From a virus, in the IMG/VR virus record IMGVR_UViG_3300031857_000038, positions 32,001-96,000 of that record: a DNA stretch of 64,000 nucleotides; one strand, written 5' to 3'. Below, one piece after another: positions 29,491-40,259 of this stretch. The number at the start of each line of letters is the position of its first letter. The stretch's first letter is position 1. Made by a program: the position numbers and the translations under genes. The notes under the pieces are model-generated. The model was not told where the DNA came from, did no database searches, and saw only the letters and a list, made by a program, of their open reading frames with translations.

Positions 29491-30352
29491 CAAGTATATC
29501 ATTGGTCTAGGCTGTAGCTGGACGCAAGGCGAAGGCGGCTACCCTGAGCATATTTGGGAACAGTATAATGGTCGCCCTCAGATTAGTTTGCGCGGACAAT
29601 GCGACTATCATATACGACATTATGAACACGAGAACAGTTGGGTAAACGTATTATGCCGCGACCACTTTCCTGACTACACGCCCATTAATTTAGGCGTTAA
29701 GGGTATTGGCAATCGTGCTGCTATTGAGCAATTATATTTCTGTGATAGAGTAGACTTTGATAATAGTGAAGTCATTATAGTATTAATGCTTAGTGGCTTT
29801 GAGAGACTAGACTTACCCGCTACATTTAGCGACGGTGATCAACTAGACGATGGATATAGTAACGGAGATTATCGTCACTATAAATGGAATACAGCATGGC
29901 CCCACGATTCTGCAAATCTGTTTTGGAAAGCATATGCTAAAGAACTATACTCAGAAAAATTCGTTGCTACTGGGCAGTTGTTAGCGTTGTTACATTTGCA
30001 AGATTTCTGCAAAGCACATAACATTAAACTAGTTGTTGCCAATGCGTTTAATCAACGTAATCAAGGCATACTTGAATATCTGAAAGAAGAAACTACTTCA
30101 CTGTTTGACAAGTTCGATTGGGAATGCTATCTACACAATACTACAGACTATGTTGCATTCGTAGAGAAATTAGTTGAGCTAGACGGTGTCATACCAAAAG
30201 AACAATGGCAAGGCTTTCATCAAGCATATTTTAATAGAACATGGCCAGCAAAATATCTTACAAATTGTGAGGGCGCACACCCTACTATCGACGGTTACAA
30301 AGTAATTGCAGACGAGCTTGCAAAGTTCATTAAATATAAGAACTATGCATAA
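29483..30352 (+). CDS. SGNH/GDSL-like hydrolase or acyltransferase (289 aa)
   Basis: GCSWTQG (block I), NLGVKGIGN (block II) and C-terminal AHPT..GY. Confidence 0.7.
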   Translation: MSNKYIIGLGCSWTQGEGGYPEHIWEQYNGRPQISLRGQCDYHIRHYEHENSWVNVLCRDHFPDYTPINLGVKGIGNRAAIEQLYFCDRVDFDNSEVIIVLMLSGFERLDLPATFSDGDQLDDGYSNGDYRHYKWNTAWPHDSANLFWKAYAKELYSEKFVATGQLLALLHLQDFCKAHNIKLVVANAFNQRNQGILEYLKEETTSLFDKFDWECYLHNTTDYVAFVEKLVELDGVIPKEQWQGFHQAYFNRTWPAKYLTNCEGAHPTIDGYKVIADELAKFIKYKNYA

Positions 30353-32276
30353 GAGAAAAATAAGCTTCGTAAATCCTAATTTTAATCAGGGTCCTAAGGA
30401 ATTTAATGCCTATTATTTACCTTATACTTCCGCAGTGCTGTGGGCATACGCTAGTCAATTTGAACATATCAGTACTCACATTGAATTGGGTGAGTTTATT
30501 TGGCATAGAGAACCTATTGAAGACGTAGTTGAAAGATTAAAAGACCACGATATTGTTGCTCTATCAACATATATTTGGAATAGAAACTATAATCACGTAT
30601 TGGGTCGGGCACTTAAACTAGCCAATCCAGACATACTGATACTCAGTGGTGGCCCAGAGCCTCCCATTACTAATCCTAAATTCTTTGAGCTATTCCCTTA
30701 TATTGATATCTGTTCTATTCAAGAAGGTGAGAAATCTTTAAAAGCTATTCTAGAGCATTATCTTGATGGCAACACTGACTATACAGATATCAAGGGATTG
30801 TTAATCAATGTCGATGGTAAAGCAGTCAACACGGGCAATCCAGATCGTATTAGTGACCTTGATACTATCCCCAGCCCATATCTCGTTGGCATGTTTGACC
30901 ACTTGTTTGAGAAGCATCCTGAAGTACGATGGAACGTTACATTAGAAACTAATCGCGGCTGTCCATATATGTGTACCTTCTGTGACTGGGGAAGCCTCAC
31001 ATATAGCAAAGTCAAGAAGTTTGATGAGACACGAGTATATAAAGAGCTTGAGTGGATTGGACAAAAGGGCTGCGACTTTGTAAGTATCACTGATGCAAAC
31101 TTCGGTATCTTCCCTGAGCGTGATATGGCTATCGCCCGCAAGCTTGTCGAAGTGCAGCAGCAATATAATAATCCAAAAGCGTACACAATATCTTGGGCAA
31201 AGAATCAAAAGAAAGAAGTAGTTGACATTGTTAAGATGTTGATATATGAAGGCGGTAGTAAGATTGGGCTTAATCTCTCAGTGCAGAGTATGGACGAGCA
31301 TACATTAGAGGTCATCAAGCGTAAGAATCTTGACACTAATAAGATTGAAGAAGTCTTTGATATGTGTGAAGAAAACAATATTCCATTGTACACTGAGTTG
31401 ATTCTTGGCTTGCCCGGCGAAACACTGGATACGTGGAAAGAGAATTTCTATAGACTGTACAAGGCTGGTAACCACACTGGCATCACTGTCTATCAGGCAC
31501 AGTTGCTTGAGAATGCTGAAATGAACTTGACCCAGCGTGAAAAATATCAACTAAAGGGCCAAATCGTATATGACTACTTGGTAGGAACATATAACGAGCA
31601 TGAAGTTCGTGAGGGTATCGAAGTTGTTACTTCAACTATTGATTTACCTATAGAAAAGATGAACGAAGCGCAAGTATTCAGTTGGTTTCAAAACACATTT
31701 CACATTAATGGTATCACTAATTACATTAGTCGTGTACTATGCAAAAAATATGGCATTGAGTATAGCCAGTTCTATACTGACTTACTTGAATATATTAAAA
31801 CAGATGAGTGGCTCAACAGCGAACTCGAACGTATCAGTGAGCATTATGCAAATTGGAATACTGAGGGTGCGATTGACCATGTTCCTATTCAGGGAATTGA
31901 GATACATGGCTGGAACTTGATACATAGCACTATCATTAATTTAGCTAACCTAGATATGCACGACCATGTATTCAATGTGCTTGAAGAATTCTTAAAGACT
32001 ACCTATGAATTCTTACCCGAATCATTACTAAATGATTTAATGACAGTGCAAAGAAACTATCTAATCAAGTATAATGGCATACAATCATATCCTAGACTGG
32101 TAGAACTTAAACACGATATCTTTGGCTACGTACAGAATATGACTGAGTTAGACAGTGCTGCAACATATCACTTCGACTTCCCTGAGGATACTAATATGTC
32201 ACTGCAACAATTCTGTGAGCAAATATTCTTTGCACGTAGACGTAACTTTGGCAAAGCGTGGGTGACTAAATTATGA
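30345..32276 (+). CDS. Cobalamin-binding radical SAM protein (class B methyltransferase-like)
   Basis: N-terminal B12-binding region (STYIWN...GGPE...EGE), ETNRGCPYMCTFCDW, DANFG and ILGLPGET. Start placed at ATG 30345. Confidence 0.88.
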   Translation: MHKRKISFVNPNFNQGPKEFNAYYLPYTSAVLWAYASQFEHISTHIELGEFIWHREPIEDVVERLKDHDIVALSTYIWNRNYNHVLGRALKLANPDILILSGGPEPPITNPKFFELFPYIDICSIQEGEKSLKAILEHYLDGNTDYTDIKGLLINVDGKAVNTGNPDRISDLDTIPSPYLVGMFDHLFEKHPEVRWNVTLETNRGCPYMCTFCDWGSLTYSKVKKFDETRVYKELEWIGQKGCDFVSITDANFGIFPERDMAIARKLVEVQQQYNNPKAYTISWAKNQKKEVVDIVKMLIYEGGSKIGLNLSVQSMDEHTLEVIKRKNLDTNKIEEVFDMCEENNIPLYTELILGLPGETLDTWKENFYRLYKAGNHTGITVYQAQLLENAEMNLTQREKYQLKGQIVYDYLVGTYNEHEVREGIEVVTSTIDLPIEKMNEAQVFSWFQNTFHINGITNYISRVLCKKYGIEYSQFYTDLLEYIKTDEWLNSELERISEHYANWNTEGAIDHVPIQGIEIHGWNLIHSTIINLANLDMHDHVFNVLEEFLKTTYEFLPESLLNDLMTVQRNYLIKYNGIQSYPRLVELKHDIFGYVQNMTELDSAATYHFDFPEDTNMSLQQFCEQIFFARRRNFGKAWVTKL

Positions 32277-33373
32277 TTGTAAATCAAGACAACATATTAT
32301 ATTATGGTAATGCAGGCCCAGAGCCAAGACCCGACTCATCGCTTTTTATGCTTCGCAGCTTCGCAGACAAGGATTATTGGTACATTGATTTCTTTCATGG
32401 CTGGCATCTAGCAGAAGCTACGAAGAATATTCCAGATGATGCATTGAACAGAATTCGTGCAGGTGAAGTGACACTGTTGTTTAACAATAGTCACGAAGCA
32501 TATCATGATGTAGTGGAATATATCTATCTTTACTTTGTAGATGGGCTAGCTATTCCAGCAGAACATATCACGTTATTGAGCGAGAGCGCCATCATTGATG
32601 AAGAAGTCAAGTTAATAGCAGCAAAGTATAATACTACTGAAATTAAAACTGAGTGGCTTAGAATATTTGAACACAATATTCATACAGTAAATCACGCTCC
32701 GCTTAATACGTTAGAGAATAAAACATATACTAAGAAGTTCTTGAGCTTGAACCGTCGCTGGCGTGTGCATAGACCATTGTTTGTTGCTATGCTTAAAGTG
32801 AACAATATTATTGAGCAAGGCTATGTAAGTATGGCTCCTGCTGATGACGGACAAGACTGGGAACGTATTTGGGAGAGAATCACGTATCACGAACCCGATC
32901 TCAGTGAACACAAAGATGAGATTGTCAACATGCCTGCACTCTATCTAGATACATATGACATGCATATCAATCAGGTTAATCTAACAGAGAGCACCGATCA
33001 ATATTATTTGGATACATATTTCAGTATTGTGTCTGAGACAAATTTCTATCAAGAGTATGGCCCTGGATTGTTTCTCAGTGAGAAAGTGTTTAAGCCTGTC
33101 AGTAAGAAGCATCCTTTTCTAGTATTGGGCAGACCGCATACATTAAAGAAGTTCAATGAGATTGGCTATCGCAGCTTTAGCGATATCATTGATGAGAGCT
33201 ACGACAATGAGACAGACGACCGCAAAAGAATGCAAATGGTCGTAGAAGAAACAAAACGTTTAGCTAATCTATCTGACAGTGAGCTAACTATATTCTTAGC
33301 TAAGGCTAAAGAAATTACCGAATATAACTTTGATGTATTGATGAATAAAAAAGAGTTTATTACAAAATTATGA
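32273..33373 (+). CDS. Glycosyltransferase-like protein, DESYD family (366 aa)
   Basis: LNRRWRVHR, SIVSET, SEKVFKP..HPF and DESYD. Confidence 0.55.
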   Translation: MIVNQDNILYYGNAGPEPRPDSSLFMLRSFADKDYWYIDFFHGWHLAEATKNIPDDALNRIRAGEVTLLFNNSHEAYHDVVEYIYLYFVDGLAIPAEHITLLSESAIIDEEVKLIAAKYNTTEIKTEWLRIFEHNIHTVNHAPLNTLENKTYTKKFLSLNRRWRVHRPLFVAMLKVNNIIEQGYVSMAPADDGQDWERIWERITYHEPDLSEHKDEIVNMPALYLDTYDMHINQVNLTESTDQYYLDTYFSIVSETNFYQEYGPGLFLSEKVFKPVSKKHPFLVLGRPHTLKKFNEIGYRSFSDIIDESYDNETDDRKRMQMVVEETKRLANLSDSELTIFLAKAKEITEYNFDVLMNKKEFITKL

Positions 33374-34152
33374 ATATTGATTTAACAAAATACAAGAGAC
33401 TGTTTACATTTGGCTGTAGCTTCACAAACTACAGATTTCCTACATGGGCACATATTCTCAGTAAGTCAATGCCCGATGCTGAGTTTCATAATTTGGGCAG
33501 AGGATCCGGTGGCAATCTATTCATAGCTAATAGAATTACTGAGGCTAATCGTAAGTTCAAGTTCTGTGAAACTGACCTCGTAGTAATAATGTGGTCTACG
33601 TTATGCAGAGAAGACAGAATGGTTAATGACCATTGGGTATTGGCTGGCAATATCTTTACGCAAGGCTACTATGATGAATCGTTTGTTAAGAAGTTCTGTG
33701 ACCCGGTGGGCTATTTGGTTAGAGACTTGTCGCTGATAGATATGTCTAAAACATATCTAGAATCATTGCCGTGTGACACGCATATGATGCTAAGCGTACC
33801 CATCACTCATCAAATATTTGGGTCTACTGAGTTGACCGATGACATATTGAACACATATAGCGACTTGATTAACAGCTTTCCAGAAACAATGTTTGAGCTT
33901 GAAATGCAGAACAATTGGACAAGTGATGTTCAATATATCAACAATGAAGACAAGCTGCAAATTGATTATCACCCTACGCCGATGAATTATTACAATTATT
34001 TGACTAAGTTAGGCTTTGTACTGAATGATAAAGCCAAACAATATGCGATAGACAGTGAGCAGACCTACCGTTCAGCAAAGTCAATACAGCAATTACAAGC
34101 ACTGTTCTATGAAGAATATGACTTTTTCACCACTAAGAATATGTGGGGCTAG
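33370..34152 (+). CDS. SGNH-like protein (260 aa)
   Basis: FGCSFT, NLGRGSGGN and DYHP. Confidence 0.7.
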   Translation: MNIDLTKYKRLFTFGCSFTNYRFPTWAHILSKSMPDAEFHNLGRGSGGNLFIANRITEANRKFKFCETDLVVIMWSTLCREDRMVNDHWVLAGNIFTQGYYDESFVKKFCDPVGYLVRDLSLIDMSKTYLESLPCDTHMMLSVPITHQIFGSTELTDDILNTYSDLINSFPETMFELEMQNNWTSDVQYINNEDKLQIDYHPTPMNYYNYLTKLGFVLNDKAKQYAIDSEQTYRSAKSIQQLQALFYEEYDFFTTKNMWG

Positions 34153-34176
34153 GTTCTAACAAATAAATATTGACAC

Positions 34177-34989
34177 ATGATTTCAGATTTTTCAAAGTAT
34201 AAACGCTTCTTTGCGTTTGGATGCAGCTTCACTTCTTACTACCCACCTACTTGGGCTGACATTATTGCAAGCGAAATGCCAGATGCAGATTACTACAATT
34301 TTGGTCAAGGCGGTGCTGGCAATCTAGTGATTAACAATAGAGTTGCACAAGCAAACTTAAAGTTCAAGTTCAACGAAGATGACCTAGTAATTGTCATGTT
34401 CACTACACTGTGTAGAGAAGACCGTTATATTGATGGATCTTGGCGCTCTCACGGGAACATCTATAATCAACATTATTACGATAAGAACTTTATAAAAAAC
34501 TATTGCGATCCTATTGGATACATAGTAAGAGACCTTGCATTGATTGAAATGACGCAAGTATATCTTAACTCTTTACCTTGCACGACTGTATTTTTATCAC
34601 TAGGCGACATGACTGAGCAGACGGGTTTTCTTACTGAAACTGAAGGACTAGCTAATACAGTAGATTTTGATAATGATCATACGTTGGGTAAGGTCAAAGA
34701 AATCTATCCTAATTTGAATTTCCCATATGTGATGGAATTAGATTCGTTCGGATATCACGGGTTGCGCTTAATAGATCATGATGGAACTAAAAGAGGAGAC
34801 GGTCATCCGTTAACGGAAGACTACTTAAAGTTTTTACTAAAATATAATTTTCCGATATCGGACCTTGGAAAAGAATACACTGCTGAAATGATGAGAAGAA
34901 CGAAAAAGGCCAAGACTTGGGCCGAGCTATATGATCTTTTTCCAGAAATGAGTCAGAACAAAGTTAAAAGTAATTCAGCAATAATCTAA
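34177..34989 (+). CDS. SGNH-like protein, tandem paralog (270 aa)
   Basis: FGCSFT, NFGQGGAGN and DGHP. Shares CREDR...GNI..Q.YYD..F.K..CDP.GY.VRDL.LI with the previous gene. ATAAATA at 34163. Confidence 0.7.
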   Translation: MISDFSKYKRFFAFGCSFTSYYPPTWADIIASEMPDADYYNFGQGGAGNLVINNRVAQANLKFKFNEDDLVIVMFTTLCREDRYIDGSWRSHGNIYNQHYYDKNFIKNYCDPIGYIVRDLALIEMTQVYLNSLPCTTVFLSLGDMTEQTGFLTETEGLANTVDFDNDHTLGKVKEIYPNLNFPYVMELDSFGYHGLRLIDHDGTKRGDGHPLTEDYLKFLLKYNFPISDLGKEYTAEMMRRTKKAKTWAELYDLFPEMSQNKVKSNSAII

Positions 34990-35002
34990 TAGGAATAGTA
35001 TA

Positions 35003-36193
35003 ATGAAAAAAATAGCAATGATCGGTGTAGGTAAATTAGGACAAGATTGTGCCGAAGTAATGGCTACTCAGTATGACGTAGTTGGTTATGATATTGAGCC
35101 AAGAACACCTAACTTCCCTATGTGCAGCACTATTAAAGAGGCAGTTGAAGATAGAGACATTATCTTTATCGCAGCTCCTACGCCACATGATCCTATGTAT
35201 GGTGGAGAGACTCCTACTAGTCATCTACCTAATAAAGATTTTGATTACACTATCGTAACTGATATTCTCAACGAAGTTAACAAGCATGTCAATCAGAATC
35301 AATTGGTCGTGTTAATCAGCACAGTGCTTCCGGGCACCGTTAGAAACATTCTTCGCCCCTGCATCACTAACGCACGTTTCATTTACAATCCTTATTTGAT
35401 TGCAATGGGTACAACTAAGTTTGATATGATTAACCCTGAGATGGTTATCATCGGTACCGAAAATGGTAATGCAACAGACGATTCACTTGAATTGATTAAC
35501 TTCTATATACCATTGATGCAGAACAATCCGCGATATGAATTGGGTACCTGGGAAGAAGCAGAGTCAATCAAAATCTTCTACAACACCTTTATTAGCACGA
35601 AAGTTGCATTAGTCAATATGATTCAGGATGTTGCTGAGAGAGTTGACAACATGTGCGTTGATGTAGTTACTGGCGCACTAGAGCGTTCAACATATCGTAT
35701 CACTGGCCCTGCATATATGAAAGCGGGCATGGGCGATGGTGGAGCATGTCACCCTCGTGACAATATCGCATTACGCTATCTTGCTGAGAAGCTTGACTTA
35801 GGATATGATTTATTTGATAGTATCATGAGAGCTAGAGAAGTGCAAGCAGAAAATATGGCTAAGGCACTGCTAAAGTATGGCAAGAACGTAACTATCATCG
35901 GTAAAGCATATAAGCCAAATGTACCATACACACACGGTAGCTCAAGTATGCTAGTTGGATACTATGTTGAGCAGCTTGGTGGTAAGGTAAACTATTATGA
36001 TGAGCATACCGGCGACTTAGATTTAGCTGAAGATTGGACTGAAGTATATCTGATCGGTTACTGGGATGACTATGTAGAAGAATTAAAGTTCAGTGATGAG
36101 AACATTGCGACTGTAGTTGACCCCTGGCGGCAATGGACTACTGACAGATGTTCAGGTCACGTAGTACATTATGGTAACTCTCGGAAGAACTAA
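35003..36193 (+). CDS. UDP-glucose/GDP-mannose dehydrogenase family protein (396 aa)
   Basis: GVGKLG, PTP, STVLPG, AESIKIFYN, GGACHPRD (catalytic Cys) and GKAYKP. Confidence 0.9.
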   Translation: MKKIAMIGVGKLGQDCAEVMATQYDVVGYDIEPRTPNFPMCSTIKEAVEDRDIIFIAAPTPHDPMYGGETPTSHLPNKDFDYTIVTDILNEVNKHVNQNQLVVLISTVLPGTVRNILRPCITNARFIYNPYLIAMGTTKFDMINPEMVIIGTENGNATDDSLELINFYIPLMQNNPRYELGTWEEAESIKIFYNTFISTKVALVNMIQDVAERVDNMCVDVVTGALERSTYRITGPAYMKAGMGDGGACHPRDNIALRYLAEKLDLGYDLFDSIMRAREVQAENMAKALLKYGKNVTIIGKAYKPNVPYTHGSSSMLVGYYVEQLGGKVNYYDEHTGDLDLAEDWTEVYLIGYWDDYVEELKFSDENIATVVDPWRQWTTDRCSGHVVHYGNSRKN

Positions 36194-37347
36194 TGGATTT
36201 GTCTAAGTATGATCAATATCGTCCTCCTAGGTATGATAATTGGATGCGTTATATGTTCAATAGTTATTGGCCTAATATAGATGAACACTTTGACAAGTTT
36301 CGTATTATCTATGCTGGCGCAAACGCTGATGCCTCGTTCAAAGAGAGGCCTATTGACAGTACAATAATGGAAATTACAGATGCATATGCATTGGGTATTC
36401 GTGTATTCTTTTTTGAATGTTTGTCAGAGGGTGTAATGCTCGAAGACATGGATATGCTAAAGATTATTACTGATGGCGTAAGTCATCTTCCCGACATTCA
36501 ACTATTTTATTTGTCGGGTGACTATAATGCAGAAGTATCAGTTAAAGAACACTTTAAGGATACTCCCATCAACTTTAAGACTATTGGCGTAAGTCATTAT
36601 GACTTTTCTGCAAGGGCTCATCCCGAATATAATAAATCTTACGTTACAGGACATAGAGACAAGAAATTTCTATGTTTTAACAAAGTTCCTAGACAACATC
36701 GTATTGACTTTCTGAACCAAGTAGTTAATCATAACCTACTAGATGACTCATACTATTCATTTGACTGTGAAGAACATGAATTATTTGAAATGATTCATGG
36801 GCAAAAGCTAACTGGCATACCAAAAATACGATACAATATTCCTTTAAAATTGAATAAGACTGATGAAAGAAGTAATCCGGTAAACATCATTGAGGACGAC
36901 TTCAAGTATTTTGAGAATAGCTATTTTTCAGTTGTTACTGAAACTATGTTCTATCATCCAAATCACATCCATGTTACTAATGGTAGAGCATTGCATATTC
37001 CCGGAACATATCCTGGCACATTTATCAGTGAAAAGACATTCAAGTGTGTTAGAATGAAGCATCCATTTATCATCGTGGGACCTGCCGGCATGCTTGAGTT
37101 CCTAAGGTCTAGAGGCTACAAGACATTCAGTCCTTTCATTGATGAATCATATGACGCTATCGAAGATGATTTACTGCGTATGCAAATGATAGTTGATGAG
37201 GTAGTCAGACTATGTAATTTACCTGATGATGAACTGATTGAATTCACTAAGTTTGCTAAGGATATCGTTGAACACAACTATACGCATTTAGAGACTATCT
37301 CAGATTTCACGACAATGGGCAATCTACAATCAATTTTAAATATCTAA
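36193..37347 (+). CDS. Glycosyltransferase-like protein, DESYD family (384 aa)
   Basis: FNKVPRQHR, SVVTET, SEKTFK..HPF and DESYD. Confidence 0.55.
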   Translation: MDLSKYDQYRPPRYDNWMRYMFNSYWPNIDEHFDKFRIIYAGANADASFKERPIDSTIMEITDAYALGIRVFFFECLSEGVMLEDMDMLKIITDGVSHLPDIQLFYLSGDYNAEVSVKEHFKDTPINFKTIGVSHYDFSARAHPEYNKSYVTGHRDKKFLCFNKVPRQHRIDFLNQVVNHNLLDDSYYSFDCEEHELFEMIHGQKLTGIPKIRYNIPLKLNKTDERSNPVNIIEDDFKYFENSYFSVVTETMFYHPNHIHVTNGRALHIPGTYPGTFISEKTFKCVRMKHPFIIVGPAGMLEFLRSRGYKTFSPFIDESYDAIEDDLLRMQMIVDEVVRLCNLPDDELIEFTKFAKDIVEHNYTHLETISDFTTMGNLQSILNI

Positions 37348-37398
37348 CTACCTAATAACATGTAAATACTCTATATAAACTAATAGGGGAATGTAAAG

Positions 37399-39660
37399 TT
37401 GGATTTTAATCTTAAGTCATTAGCAACAAAAGAGCTTAAGCCAAACGAAAGGCCAACTGAAGACGTTGGTGATCTTCGTCATCGTAGCATGATGGAAGCA
37501 ATTGCGCCATATGCAAAAGATGTAGTAGTTAATGCAAAGAACTTAACACCTGTCTACACTGACTACAAAACACGCAACACTAAGATGGTTCTCGTATTGT
37601 GTCCTGAGTGGAGTCCGTACATGCCACCATTCAGTCTTGCGAGACTCAGTGGCGTTGCTAAAGCTTCCGGATATGAAACTCATATCATGGATCTAAATGT
37701 TAAGGCATATAATGCTTATCGTGATGATTGGCAACCCAACAAGAAACTACCATTCAGATTGTGGGACCCATCTAGTTCATGGCACTGGTTAGGTGAAACT
37801 TACTTAAATGATATTCACCCTGTGCTTGAACCTATTCTAAGCGCAGCGGTAGATGAAATCATTGAAATGAATCCAGACGTTGTTGGGTTCAGCGTATACT
37901 ATATTAGTGAAGAACCAACCAAGTGGATGTGTCAAGAAATCAAAAGACGCAACCCAAACATTCTCATTGCAGTAGGTGGCCCTAACGTACACAAGAGCTG
38001 GTTCCCTATTCACGATTATTATGACTATGTTATCGTGGGCGAAGGCGAGCAGAATCTACTTGTCATGCTTGATGAGATTGAAGAAGGCTGGCGCCCAACT
38101 GAGCCTAAGATTCTGACTCAACCAGAGAATCAACGTATCAACATCAACGGTCTGCCTATGCCAGACTATGAATCTATCGACTTCACTCAGTATGAAGTTC
38201 CTAATGGTGTCAACAGTGAAATCTCTAGAGGATGTACTGCTAAGTGTACATTCTGTGAAGAAACACACTTTTGGAAGTATCGCCAGCGTCAAGCAGTTGA
38301 CTTGATTACAGAAATTGAATGGCTATACTATAACAAGGGTACTGATATCATTTGGTTCATTGACAGTCTTATCAACGGAAACATCAATGAGCTTAGAGCG
38401 TTTGCACTAGCATTGAAAGAGAAGGGACTTAAGGTTCGCTTTACCGGCTATGCTAGACATGATGGTAGAATGACATTAGAATATCTGCAAGACCTAGCTG
38501 ACGGTGGCTGCATCATGTTCAACTTCGGATGCGAATCAGCATCGCAGAAAGTTCTTGACGATATGCACAAGGGTGTTACCATTGCAGAAATGGAACAGAA
38601 CTTCATTGACTGTAAGAAGGTGGGCATCTATTGTGCTACTAACTGGATTGTTGCATTCCCCACAGAAGACTTCCAAGACTATTCAGATACTATGACATTC
38701 ATGTGGCGTATGCGTAACAACAACGTCAACAATATGGGTCTTGGTGTGGGCTATGGGTTGGGTCCTGAAACAATCGTTGGACAGAATCCACACGCATATA
38801 ATATCAGCTTCCATAAGTATCAGGGACACTGGATTACGAAAGACTTAGCAATGGGTGGCCCCCATGTCATGACTCGTGTTAAGAATATTCACATGTGGTT
38901 AGACTTCTTTAAGCACTGCACAGACGTTCCGATTGGGTATCCTATTAGACATAATCTGTCAAAAGAACACTACAAGATCAAGTTAAACAATCAAAGAGTG
39001 CAGAAAGAAATGCACTACGAGAAGTTTGACTACAATATTATTCCTCCCATCGGTGACAACAATCCTTTTGCTAATCAGTTAGTCAATGAAATGTGGCCCT
39101 TCTTTAGAAATCTATGGAGAGCTAGAGGCGGATACGAAGCAGAAGTATATTTCAATCCTGAGATAGACTTGAAAGAGTTTGGAACTCAGTATGGTCCAGG
39201 GCAGTATTGGGCAACGTTTAAGTTTAAGATTACTGATGAAGGTCAGTGGGACGCACATTTCAATATCAAGTTTGAGCAAGTAGATAGTCCATTAGACGAC
39301 CGTGAACGTCCGCCGCTCGGACGTAAGGGTCCTTTCTACGCTCAAGACTATTCAAGACTACAATCAAACACTGTAAAGAGAGCTAGAAAGTTAGCCAAAC
39401 CCACTTGGAGTAATCAAGAAGGTAGATCAGGACAAGACTTTGCTGACTTGTTAGACGAAGAAGCATATCTGAATGCTACGATTGATTTTAGTTTTCATAT
39501 TGATTGGCAGGGGTCAGGTGATTGGAGCGATTATGAAAAGTATCGTGTTGATGTAAGTAACACATCACGAGACATTATTCCAGAAAAGGAAGCCGACACT
39601 GGCTCAACTATAGTTTCTAGTAGCATTTCACTAGATAGTATTAAGCGGAAACCAAAATGA
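37399..39660 (+). CDS. Cobalamin-binding radical SAM protein (753 aa, TTG start)
   Basis: PPFSLARL, VGFSVY, GGPN, GEGE, SRGCTAKCTFC, GCES and FPTE. Has a C-terminal extension. Confidence 0.88.
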   Translation: MDFNLKSLATKELKPNERPTEDVGDLRHRSMMEAIAPYAKDVVVNAKNLTPVYTDYKTRNTKMVLVLCPEWSPYMPPFSLARLSGVAKASGYETHIMDLNVKAYNAYRDDWQPNKKLPFRLWDPSSSWHWLGETYLNDIHPVLEPILSAAVDEIIEMNPDVVGFSVYYISEEPTKWMCQEIKRRNPNILIAVGGPNVHKSWFPIHDYYDYVIVGEGEQNLLVMLDEIEEGWRPTEPKILTQPENQRININGLPMPDYESIDFTQYEVPNGVNSEISRGCTAKCTFCEETHFWKYRQRQAVDLITEIEWLYYNKGTDIIWFIDSLINGNINELRAFALALKEKGLKVRFTGYARHDGRMTLEYLQDLADGGCIMFNFGCESASQKVLDDMHKGVTIAEMEQNFIDCKKVGIYCATNWIVAFPTEDFQDYSDTMTFMWRMRNNNVNNMGLGVGYGLGPETIVGQNPHAYNISFHKYQGHWITKDLAMGGPHVMTRVKNIHMWLDFFKHCTDVPIGYPIRHNLSKEHYKIKLNNQRVQKEMHYEKFDYNIIPPIGDNNPFANQLVNEMWPFFRNLWRARGGYEAEVYFNPEIDLKEFGTQYGPGQYWATFKFKITDEGQWDAHFNIKFEQVDSPLDDRERPPLGRKGPFYAQDYSRLQSNTVKRARKLAKPTWSNQEGRSGQDFADLLDEEAYLNATIDFSFHIDWQGSGDWSDYEKYRVDVSNTSRDIIPEKEADTGSTIVSSSISLDSIKRKPK

Positions 39661-40259
39661 ACGACACTGTTGATAAGTTTGAAAAACTCATAGCCAATTT
39701 CTATGGGGCACCATATGCGGTAGCAACTGATTGCTGCACACATGCAATTGAACTTTGCCTGCGAATTGAAAATATAGAATATCCCGTAAACTGCCCTACT
39801 AGAACATATCTAAGTGTTCCCATGACATTTATGAAGCTTGGACTAGAATGGCAGTTTGACGATTATGATTGGGAAAATTACTATCACATAGGATGCACGA
39901 GCATCATTGATGCTGCGGTGTATTGGAAACCTCGCGGGTATGTTCCTGGGTCAAAGATGTGCCTCAGTTTTCAACATAAGAAACATTTGAGCTTAGGGCG
40001 CGGCGGTATGATTTTGCTTGACAATTACGAAGAATATGCTAAGCTTAAAAAGATGAGCTATGATGGAAGAATGCCTAATACACCGTGGGCAGAACAAGAC
40101 ATTGACACTATAGGTTATCACTACTATATGACTCCTGAAACTGCACAGACAGGTATCTATCGCTTTTGCTCTGCTGAGGTAACAGAACCCCGCAAGTGGT
40201 CGTCTAAAGATTATCCTGATCTAAGTAAAATGAAAGTGTTTGATGCTAAGCAAAAATGA
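39657..40259 (+). CDS. Short DegT/DnrJ/EryC1/StrS-family PLP aminotransferase (200 aa)
   Basis: CCTHAIEL, IIDAA, LSFQHKKHLSLGRGGMI (PLP Lys) and GYHYYM. Confidence 0.8.
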   Translation: MNDTVDKFEKLIANFYGAPYAVATDCCTHAIELCLRIENIEYPVNCPTRTYLSVPMTFMKLGLEWQFDDYDWENYYHIGCTSIIDAAVYWKPRGYVPGSKMCLSFQHKKHLSLGRGGMILLDNYEEYAKLKKMSYDGRMPNTPWAEQDIDTIGYHYYMTPETAQTGIYRFCSAEVTEPRKWSSKDYPDLSKMKVFDAKQK

